Source: Hydrolagus colliei (taxonomy: Eukaryota). Taken from it: a stretch of DNA of 64,000 nucleotides. The translations under genes and the position numbers were made by a program. The first letter of the stretch is position 1; every line of letters begins with the position of its first letter. Positions 50,449 to 61,612 of this stretch are shown one piece after another. The stretch lies in assembly GCA_035084275.1 (NCBI GenBank), contig CM068756.1, positions 1,116,001-1,180,000 of the forward strand. The letters run 5' to 3'. A model generated the notes under the pieces. That model did no database searches and had not been told where the DNA came from. It worked only from the letters and a program-made list of their open reading frames with translations.

Positions 50449-51539
50449 ATTGTCCACACCATTGAATGGCTGTTAACTGACCACACCAACATTATAAAGT
50501 GGGGAGACAGTATTGATCCTGAGGACCTTTCCTTCTAAATCTTATTAAATAGATTTCATATTAATAAGTATTTATTAAGGGTCCAATAGATATGTACAAT
50601 TCTCATGACATATTTGCACAAAATGCTTGGGTGCAGCAGTAACTCATCAGATTGATCAAAGCTTTGAATTCTCTCAACTTATTAAAGAGTCAATCTCATA
50701 AACAGATCATCAATAACTTTAACATTCCAGGACCCGATTTCAGTGTTGTGAACATGTGTCGGCTTGCCACAGAACGCCAGACTCAGGTATTTGTAAATTT
50801 AAAGGTCCAACATGATACGATGTGAGACAAAGGGATAGATCAGGCCCCCACTCTGTAATCACACTCCTGTAGTAATGCAGCACGAGCATTTCCTAATTAT
50901 AATAATTAAACCTATTAATAGGGCCATCAGTATCATTGTGCTCATTTGAATATATTGAATTTGACCTTCCAAACAATCCCCTCAATCCTTTAATTCCTTT
51001 TGTAATCTGTATCTTTCATTCTATTTTTTTATTAAAAAATCTCTTCTGTTGTGACTTCATCATAAACTAACCCTAGTGTGTTCATAATGGATTCTTCAAC
51101 CCTTTTCTTCCCCAGGTTTTCCCCTCTTGTGTGAAGTGACCCCACCCTGAGAAATGGTTCAATTGCATCTGATACCACCTTGGAACCTTAACTAAGCGAG
51201 TGTTGTTAACGCACAGACCCAAAGAATGAATGCCACTAGACCATTCAAGCACAGTGGTATTACAGTCTCAGATGACATCCGAAAACATGTACTTATACAC
51301 AGGATACACCCAGAAGTGGGCAGTTTGGCTGAGGTCAATTGTAATGCTTCCACCATTAGCACATCTGAAACCAGGTAGCTTAGCAGACACCAGGGATCCA
51401 ATCTGCGAAACTAAGCTATTGGGGGGTGAGCTTCAGAGCTTGGTGCCTGAACCCAGTTGAATCTATTTAATTTAGCACAGGCCAAAATGACTTGCACTGA
51501 AAACAATTTCCCATGGTCCATACTTATGGTTGACCCAAT

Positions 51540-54500
51540 TGAGTTCATGTGCGCGGAAGTATTAAATTACCTGCCCAAGGCATGGACTGACTTTTTCTAA
51601 CTGGCAGAAAACAGTAGGGTATCACGTCAGCCACTTAGCCCAATACGAATCACCTGTTTTGTAGCCAAAACAACCGCAAGGTCAAGTGATGTAAATTCCC
51701 CTCTCCGTAATATTTTTTTCTCTCTCTCTCACTCTCCTTTTTTTTGCTCCCCTTCCTCTTCTTCCATCCACATTCCCTCCAGCTGAGAAGCTAGACAGAC
51801 AACCTATTCCCAGGGGTGACTACTACAACATTACAAGGTTTGACGGAGATACCTGTAAAACAAGAAACATAAAAACTGACACAAGCAACTGCACTATCTA
51901 TAAGCATCTGTTTAGTGTAATTCAGCGTGCGATTCAGTTCCAGGCAGGCCTGCTTTACTTTAACTTGTCTAAAACATTCATGACAAAGAGCAATATGTCT
52001 GCTGCAGAACATCATGTCTTACTTTATAAAGACTTCACAACATTTCCTTTGAGTACGTACTCTCTTGGAACCCAGTCATTGACATTTGGTAACTTTCACC
52101 ACATATTCCCAGAGGCAATCCCTTCTTATGCAATATTGACATTGCTTTGCCATGCTCCCCAAAATGGAGTTGGTGTCCTCCAAGTTAACTCCCTGGCTAA
52201 CTATTATTATTAAAGCATATAAGCTATAACACTGAGTAATGCAACCTTCTGCGTTTTAGGAATTGATTTCTGAAGCTTTCATATAAACATATATATTTTA
52301 TAACAGTCATTAATTTTGGAGGAGAATCCAACCAACCTATTGCCCAATGTTTGTCTCTGTGGCTAGAGACCACATTTATTTATAAATCCTGTTTGTTTTT
52401 CTTAACAGTCCGAGCTGCTGGTCCTACAGGGAGGGTTAAGTGCAGGATGCAAATCAAGTGTGACTGAAAACTATAAATTTTTGCATGAACAATCACAATG
52501 ACAGTCATGACATGCGTGTCTCATTACTGCAAGTTCTGTTTGTACATCAGTATGGCTACTGCAGACAAAAGAATAGTATGAATAAAACATTTACTTTGCA
52601 GCCTGAAACTCACTTGTTAATGAGCACAAGTCAAAGTATCTGGGCTGTTTAATTGGAATCAAGCCTTAAAATGGATGTGCGAATTAATGCTAGTATTGGT
52701 TTTAGTCAACTGTTCGTTTTCTATTCAGGTCATTGGATCTTGGCATTAAAAAGGAAGAAAATAATGAGGAAACAAAAAATTGTTTTGATCACACGAGACC
52801 AAAGCTGTTTGAATTTTTAAAAAAATACTCTTGTGGGTGACTTGGTGGTGTTGTGGGTTAGCACACTGTCTTTTCATCTTTAAGATGTTAATTTCAATCT
52901 AGCCCAGACTGATGATATTAAACTTTTTCTTTGCAGGATACAGGGGTACTATGTGAAATGTGTTCAGCAATCAAAATCCAGTTTCTGGTGCACATGTAAA
53001 ACTCTTAACAACTCAGCACAAATTGACCCTTACTGAGAGAAGCCATTATATGATTAGTATGAGAAACGGACATATTCCCTTTGTGTACATGTGTGAGGGG
53101 AGGTTGGGACAGTCAGAATATTCTAAAGCTGAAGATTGAAATACACTGTTGTGGCAGAGGAGACAGAGAGAGAGAGAGAGAGAGAGAAAAAGAGAAAGTT
53201 TACTCTACATTAAACAGGATCTTGCCTGACCTGTCCTGGGCATTCTCAAGTCTAACACTGGGTTCAAATCTATTCATTTCATATTCAAATTATGGAGGAT
53301 AGATAGCAAAATGGATCAATGTCTTCCCCTTATGTGGACATGCAGAAGAGTTACAAAAAACACAAAACCCTAAACTGGCAATATGATGAACAAGATTGCT
53401 TGTGATGGCCAGACGTAGAATAATCCAGATGAAAAGAACACATCCCCAAAGGATTTTTTTGACTGGTCAGACACACAATACTCGCACAGGTTCCAATTCA
53501 TGAGACAGACATGACCTATAGCCAAATGCTTGAAGTTAAAACTGAAGTAAGATCTGGCATAGCAATAGTCATGCATCTACTGTAATTTTTTTCCAGGAAC
53601 AATGTTTCTGTACAGCTGCAATGATGAGCTCCCTCATGACTTTGTAACTGTTCAGAAATATTGTTAATCGCAAAATTTATGGCAGGCTGCTCAAAAACAT
53701 TATGAAAATGATGGCAGATGAAGCGACAATGGGTTTCTAGTTCATGCTTCCCAGGACAAAAAAAAAGATCTTTCTCTTCATTTACTCCATTGTGCTTAAA
53801 ATTCCGATTTCAGAAGGTATCAACATGCAATACGATGGAAGCACATTACATGCGCGTCTTTTGTGGTTCTGTCAACAAAACTCCTGCTCAAAGAATAATA
53901 ATCCCTGACCTGGAGGAATTTGGAAAGACTTCGCTCTGCTAAGCTGCTAATGCGTGTTATTTAAAGAACAATTATGCTTGCATTAACAGTTTGTAGCTGT
54001 TGTGCACTGCACTGTGTATGTCCAATTTGTACTTGAATAAACAGTCTGGGAAAATAAATATCTGTTGCGTCACCATAGCTTTTCATCTCCATTGAAAATA
54101 AATTCTAACATCTTAATTTTCTTAAGACCCATAAATCCACAAACTGCATTTCAAAAGACATTGGTAATCAAAACATTACCAATAGGTGAAAGGGAAACAG
54201 CAACTTGAATCGGGTAAAGTAATGTAGGCACTAACTACATTGAACATGTGGTTTTTGGCTTATTCTGAAATAGATAAGACAAAAAAATTAGATTTAATTT
54301 GCCACATTTACAATCAGATGATTTTTGATTAGGTTGTGTTTCCAGTTACATATACGTAATACGAAAGTAATGTGTTTATTATTTGTGTATCTACAAAATT
54401 TGCGACGCCTGATCACTATCTCTTGTATTAGCTTGTTTTGCTCACAGGTTACACGGTAGTCATATCACCATATGGTACAATTAGTATCTAAGTTTACTTA

Positions 54501-55680
54501 CTGGCTCACAAAGCAACCTTCTACCTCCCACCTCCCCCAAACTCACTTGTGCCTTACATTTCACAAAATTGCTGCAGGTGTATTTTAATCAGGTTGGCCC
54601 ACAACAATTAATTTAATTAAAGGTTTACTCTTTGGAAGATTTTGCCTTACACATTAACTGATCAACTTTGCGAAATAGGGTTTGCAATTAATTATTCCCA
54701 AAGTAGGATTATTGCTGAATTAACTCTTCTGTCATAAGCTCCAATGGACCAATAACATTACCGCAAGGCAAAACACATCCATTCATCCATTTTCGTTTGA
54801 ACCAGCAAATGTACTTTTTCAACTCTCTGCTGTCACCTCACCCTCATTTTGGTCTCCAAAGATGAACAAGCCTGCAGGAACAGCTTATAAGAGAGTCATT
54901 ATAAGCAGTCATTATAAGAGAGTTTTTTTGTTAAAACAATGTTATACTTAACTTTTTTTGCCCATGGCAAACTACTGTACTTGACAATAGCATATATAGA
55001 AATACATGTTGATACGAATTGAACTTGTTCTTACTGCAAGACGTATAGTGCAAAGATGGCAATCGCCAACACACATCTTTTGTTTATTATTTTAATAAAG
55101 TGACAGATTGCGGGGGAAATATATCCTCTAAATATTTCCCTACAATCACAAAACATTACTGAATTGGCTATCTGGCACGGCAAGACAATTGTCAGCTGCT
55201 ATTATATTCTGTGACGTAAATTCATGCATTAGTAAGTTACAAAATTCAGCACTGCAGCAAACACACTGCACTGTAATATCTCTGAAGAAAACCAACCCCT
55301 ATCAATGTGATTTTTTTCTCTTTCTCTATGCAGCATATCAAAGCAAGATTGCCGAATTTGTTTCAATTAGTGTTTAGGATGATGTAGCTTGGTAGTAAGT
55401 AAGTGATGGATCTGTCATTCCTTTGTCCAAGACAGTTACACTGAAGATTAAATGAAAAATAGATTGTATTGTTATTGTGAGATAATTCATTGTAAAACTA
55501 CTTTAGAAATTCATAGAAAATAGTTGTAGTGAAGTACAATTGTATTGTTAACATATCTATCACCAGCTATTGTGTTTGAAGTCACTAAGAGAAATATTCT
55601 CTCTCTTGGTGAACAAAGAGAATGGTGAACAAAGACTAGAATGATTACAAGCCGAGCATATAGCATCACAATTTATCTAT
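51540..55680 (+). ncRNA. Putative structured non-coding block B
   Basis: Long hairpin at 53598-53665 and further stems at 51553-51708, 53786-53839, 55106-55147, 55486-55533 and 55582-55612, several with + strand G.U pairs. Confidence 0.4.
52840..53050 (+). mobile_element. Ancient SINE relic resembling LF-SINE
   Basis: CTTTTCATCT...TTCAATCTAGCCCAGA...CTATGTGAAATG...TCCAGTTTCTGGTG follows the motif order of the LF-SINE consensus as I recall it. Confidence 0.45.
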
Positions 55681-55779
55681 CAGTGGTTACACAGATGTCA
55701 TGCACTATTTTTCCTAAAACTGCAATAAGTGAAAAAAACTGAAATAAAGTTATGATGGAGGACGGAGAGCAAACTAACA

Positions 55780-56015
55780 AATAATAACCCTTGCATTTGA
55801 TATAGCGTCTTTCATTTTTGGATGGTGCCCCAAAGAGCTTTGAATGTAAAGTGTAGTGGCTGTGTATCTTGTAGGCAAATGTAGTAGCCAAGTCATACAC
55901 AGCACTGTCCCACAAACATGAGGTGATTGACAAATGTTATTGCTGGGATTATTGCTGAGGACACCAAGAGAAATTCTCTTATCTAATAATGCTGTGGCAA
56001 CTTCAGCATCCACCT
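55780..56015 (-). mobile_element. Old DeuSINE-like element
   Basis: AATAATAACCCTTGCATTTGATATAGCG tail, GCACTGTCCCACAAACA core and CATCCACCTGA. Confidence 0.65.
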
Positions 56016-59000
56016 GAACAAGCAGGTGTTGAAGTTAGCCTTATCAAGCTATTAGTAAATTGTTCCTTTTCTTGTCTCTCTTTGGAAGCATTTCAATATG
56101 TGAAAACATCCAACTTCCCTGTCTGTTGAATTCCCTGTCAAATGATTAGCTGTTCCCCCAAATTAAATGTAAAATGAAATGTTTAATAAAGAGATAACCT
56201 TTTCGATAAATAATAATAATAAATATACCATCACCATTAAGATTAGGGAGAAAGCACAGAGAGAATTGCGAAGAGAATTGTTTTATATTTTCTTCCTAAA
56301 ATGCAAAGGGCTTTTCTCTTATTTATTTTTTCTCAATCATTGCCCTTTGCTTCTCACCCCACCTATGTGTGATGCATTAAAAATTATATAATATTTTAAA
56401 AAATATATACTATTGTCTCTTCTTTCAATATTTGAATTCCCAGGAAATGGTAACATGTAGCCAAACCTTTGCTTACATTGCTTTGTAAATGACCCCCTTT
56501 CTATGCCTTGATTCACTGGCCAAGATGATGAATTCACTTTTGTGAATAGATGTGCCCACAATAACATTCTGCCATATAACTTACCCATGTTGTGCCAAGT
56601 TCTTAGAAGTACTATACTTATTGATTTCTTTTATAAATGGCAGCACTTTTGAACTGCCTCAAATGAAAAGTAACCGTAATAATGTGATAAAGTGTTCATT
56701 GAAACATGTCAATTATAAAGTAGCATTATCAAAATTAGCTAAAAAGGTAAAAGTAAATGATTGAAATGCAAGGAGTTCTATCCTGTCTAATTTCAGAAAA
56801 CAAGAAGATTGTGGATTAACTGCGAATAAATCTAAAATTTAAAGACCAATTTATACCTGGAACACAGCTTGAAATACTCCAATGAAAATAATCAAATCTT
56901 TGATGCCTTTTAAAACCAGTCGGGCATTGTAGAAATAGATAAATTGGATGCCATGAATTATTCATCTACAAAGTCAAAGGACGTTTTAATAGGTTGCTTG
57001 AGATAGGGCAGATGTTAGCATCTGCATATTGTTAATTATTTGTTTCCAAATGAAATGCTGATCAATATAGTTATTTTACAAACAGGAAGCAACAGACAGA
57101 CTATAGGGTTTGTGAATAATAAAATGCAAAGACTAAAAATGGCTCTGTTGCAGTTGAACACAGTGAAGATAATTAAACATAACTTTTTCTTCATGCAAAG
57201 TTTGGCCAAAACTATAAGATCATTGCATCAGCAGTTTAATTAAGGATTAATAGTCCTTCCGAGTGATGAATTTCTGAAGAACAAATGTCAGGTTTTATTA
57301 AATGAAGTTATATTTTTGTGCAGCTTGTGCTGATGGAAAAGGGGTTACCACAACTGATACATTCTAAAGATCAAACAGACATTTCAGTCTATCTTGCAAC
57401 TATCCATTAGCATTTCTCATTTAGATGAAATGTTGGAAGAAAAGAAGCTTATGAGACATCAGAATTGTATACATTATTTTCATTTCTTTGATTAAAACGG
57501 GTCAAAAATTTCACTCACTAACTAGCCTAGGGCAAGTTTTTCTCTAGTTTGGGCAATTGTGAATAAAAAAGCAACTCACCAGCTTGCAAGTACCATCAGA
57601 TTAAGTAACCCCCATTAAAATAGTTCGAGATCAAATAGGAAATATTTTGAAAATGGACGGCAACTGAATACCAACACTAGCGCCACCATAATTATCCAGG
57701 GACTTCAATGGAAAGGAAAGCCGTGAATGTGTTGGATGAAAAAAGATATTCATAGAGCTTGGAAATAATAATTGTGTCCTAAAACGTGACATTTGTAAAA
57801 TTCTTTGATTCCAAATCAGCGTTGATCAAAATATCATTTCTCTTAGAAGCAGAAAAGACCAATTTAAAAATCCTTCCCCCCAAAAAAAAGCACAATTCTG
57901 TGCGCATTTCTATTTCGATCATTTCGCAGAACAGTTTGTATGTGGTAACAAGCCTGTTCTGTTTTAGTAAGGGGGTTTGCGGCTTCATTTCGATTCATTG
58001 GAGCTACGATGTTTTCCAACCACTTGATTATTTTTCTGCATGTGTGTGCACCATCTAGCTTGATACCTGAAAGGTATATAACAAAGGGAAAAAATTGAAA
58101 AGTGAAAATGAAATTGTGAAAGAGAAAAAAAGGTTCCAAATTTAGATCAATAGCAACTTGTTATTTGGAAAAACTACTTTAAGTCACCAAATAGCACTTA
58201 GATGACTAAATTATTTCCCTTGGATCTTCTGTGTCCTCTTTATTATCAAAGGCTGATGTCAGGGAAGAGTTCTCCATATGGCAATGAATCAATAACAAAG
58301 TATTTGTGACGCAGGCCAAGGTCAGACAGAACTGAACACACGGAGGCAGACAAAAAGATGGTTTATTAGTACAGTGGAAAAATCTCAGAGGGCTCTCTCG
58401 TCTGCACAGACAATGCTCACGGGATAAAAATTCCAATATCCATACTACACTTTAACAAAGCGATTCTGACAATTTCGTTGGGGAGACATGGGACAAACTT
58501 TATGTTTGCGAGTGGACTGAGGAAGTATAAATTTTATCCAAAAGAGCATTTGAAAACCGTAATTCAAATTGAACTTGAACCCACCCATTACCCAAATATA
58601 ACTCTCCTACTGAGGAGAACGTTATTCCTGGGATGTTTGTTCCTTAAATCAGAAATAAGCCTCCCCCCCCCACAAAAAAAATAACATCCAATGAAACAAA
58701 AGTCAGTAGCATATCTATGACTTGTTTCCTGTCTCACTTGGGTTTTCAAGAAAAATATTTGGCCAACACAGGGATATGATGCTATAAAAGGTCAGTGGCT
58801 TGGAAACTGCGGTTGTCCAAATGCCATCAGGAGGGGTTTGTGAGTGAGGGCCTGGTACTTTCTCACAGCATTTGTCTGATGACTAAACCAAGGACAGTGT
58901 TGGCAATAATAATATTTTAGCTACTGAATTGGAGCCTGCCCCAAGTAGACAAATAAATTGTGTGTGTGTAGAGGGGGCACGGGCGGGAAGATGGAAAATG

Positions 59001-59586
59001 GAAAATAAATACAATTTTAAAACAGTGGTCAAGAAACATTAGAAATATGTAAATAATATATAATAATATAAACACTCCATACAATCTTGAGCTGACAATA
59101 CTTTTGTTTCAGTGAGAAAGTTAATTCCGGCAGTGGAAGAGTGCAGAGTGTAAAGTGTGAACACCTTAGTTATTTCATGCCCTGATATACCCTGATATTT
59201 CATGTCTGATATACTCAGACAGTTATTATTTACTTATCATCCGGCTTGGTCATGTACAAAAAAGAATCCTTTGGATATTTAATCTGATTTCGGCCGCCGA
59301 GTCTCATCATGACATGTACTGTTTTCCAACCAAGAGGCCAAGCCGGTGAGTTGCTTTGCTAGCCAGTGGACACTTAGCGTGCATTTGTCTCGTATAGCTT
59401 GGCTCAGGTGCACGCGATAGCTTCTGTAAAGCTTCTCTTTCAATGTGCCTTTGTCGTTGATCGGTTTCTTATACAGTAATACAAAACTATGCACACATCC
59501 ACTTTATCACTTTTGTCATGCTCCAGTCACATGCAATTGTTCCTGCTCCCTCTAATGGTCGCGGTAATGAGAATCTCCACAAAATT

Positions 59587-59833
59587 GCACTGGGAGACAT
59601 TGGCCACAAAAAAAAAAATGATTCATTTCGGAGTGATTTTGTTGCAAAACCGGTCATCAGAAGCCAACTCCGACACACTGAAGTGAACAGCATTTCGCCC
59701 ACAAAGTACACAGTCATTTCACTTTACAGCATATGATGTGAAGCACTCGGAGATGTCTCGAAGACATGATAAGGCACTATATCAATAGTAAGGATTATTG
59801 TTTGGTATTATTATTATTATTATTATTATTATC
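59587..59833 (+). mobile_element. SINE 3' part with (TAT)n tail
   Basis: TTTCGCCCACAAAGTACACAGTCATTTCAC...GTGAAGCAC...GATAAGGCACTATATC, then (TAT)n. Confidence 0.75.
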
Positions 59834-60691
59834 ATCACTGCCTGCAGATTATCATAAGTTTGGCAGGGAAACTAAAAGCAATAATGTAATAACGAACACA
59901 TCCAGCCAGTCAACTTGCTTTCATCAATAGAACTCAACACAGCATATGTTGATTTGGCAATAATTCAACTAATTAATAATCCTAGCAATAACTACCTTGG
60001 TTGAAAACAAAAGGAGAGGGGGGCTGCATTCTCGCCAATTAACTCTCATCTCAGCCTGCGAAATTATGGATGGCCGTGATTCATTTACGCAAAAATAAAA
60101 CCATTGGTAATCTGGTTTGCCACTTGTGTTTAGCAGGGCTGTTTGCTGACCAAATCTGAAGTTTGCAAAAATTCAATCCATTGACTTCCTCTGGTCTCAC
60201 TGTACAATTTAGCTAATGACATTTTGCTAATCTTGTGATATAAATATTCTGTTCATGCCATTTTAAAAAAAAAACATTGCTTTTTTGCCGGTGAAAAGAG
60301 GCTAATTTGTTGATTATTATAACATTATACATCTTTTTTTCTTCTTTTAGCTAGCAGAGATGCTGCAATTATTTAATTAGCCATTAATCAACGCACAAGT
60401 ATTCCATTATTTTTAGTCAATTATGCTATTAAATGAAAAAGTGGCAATATAATTTCCTCCTTGTATTCTCAAGGACTTGTATAAATCATACCTAAGTTCC
60501 ACTGGGTATAAATTGTATGTGACCTACTTGTATAGTCACAGAAGAACATCATGAAAAAAGAATCAATTCATTGTGTTGCCGATTTACTAGAAGTGGGAGC
60601 TTTTTACTCTGAGAACATTCAAGGGTTGTTTTTTTTTCACTCTGTACAGTTGGCTCCAACCCTCTCTCGCCCAATCCCTTGCACCTGCCTC

Positions 60692-60724
60692 TGCTGTTCT
60701 GCAAATGGCCACTAGGAGGCGTAT
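60692..60724 (+). promoter_or_regulatory. CTCF-binding site with upstream motif
   Basis: TGGCCACTAGGAGGCG closely matches the CTCF core (CCASYAGRKGGC, one mismatch). It is preceded at 5-bp spacing by TGCTGTTCT, resembling the TGCAGTNCC upstream module. Confidence 0.65.
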
Positions 60725-61552
60725 GAGATTGCCCTGGGCTGGTTCACCCTCCATTTCGCCTTTCCTCCTGGTATCTGACCTCCTCTGGGTGCTGGGTTCT
60801 AAGCTACAGCTGAAAGCGGGAACCTGCTGAGCAATAGCAGATGCAAACCAGAGTAAAAAAACCCCAACAAATCAGACTCAATCGCCTTCCCTTGTATCCC
60901 TTAATTTCCCTCCTTTGACCACTGGCTGATGTCTAGTCTTGCACAGTATGATCTTCCTTTCTGACTACTTCAATCTAACAACACCGGGCACTACTCAAAA
61001 CACCAATCAATAATGAATGTTGATCTTTCCTTTGAGTGTTAATCTATCTTATATGGTGTGTGTAAGTGCCGATACATAATGTTACCCAGGCACACTGGCT
61101 GAAGGAAGAGTTGGTGGGAAAATGGATCCAAAATTTCTTCCCGATTAAGCGTTCTTCCCACTTACTGCACTGAATGCCAACTCATTTGCAGCACTGAAAA
61201 TAACAAATAAAGAGATCTCTGACTCGGAATGGAATAAGGGATATTGGTTTGGTGTAGAGGCAGGAAGTTATCTGTGTGAATGAATCAGAACCCAAAGCAA
61301 CAATGTGACTTGGATGGGTCGTTCCTTCCTTTTACATTCCTTCCTTTTACATTCCTTAACCTTTTGCGTAAAATATGAATTTGCTTGAATAAGCACTTCC
61401 AATATTATTTATTGCAAGGAATGGAACTGCACAAACGTTACCCCTATGAGTTGATTGGGACAAGATTCATTGTAATACTTCTAGTTATCGTAAAAAAAAG
61501 TTTAATTAATGATAACTGATTGCGTCATCCAGAGACCTGGCCTAGAAACATT

Positions 61553-61612
61553 ACAACAACAACAATTTACATTTATATAGTGCATGTCAGTAGGACATCC
61601 CAAGCCGCTGAA
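61553..61612 (-). mobile_element. L2-type 3' tail
   Basis: (AAC)n-TTTACATTTATATAG...GGACATCCCAAG. Confidence 0.7.
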
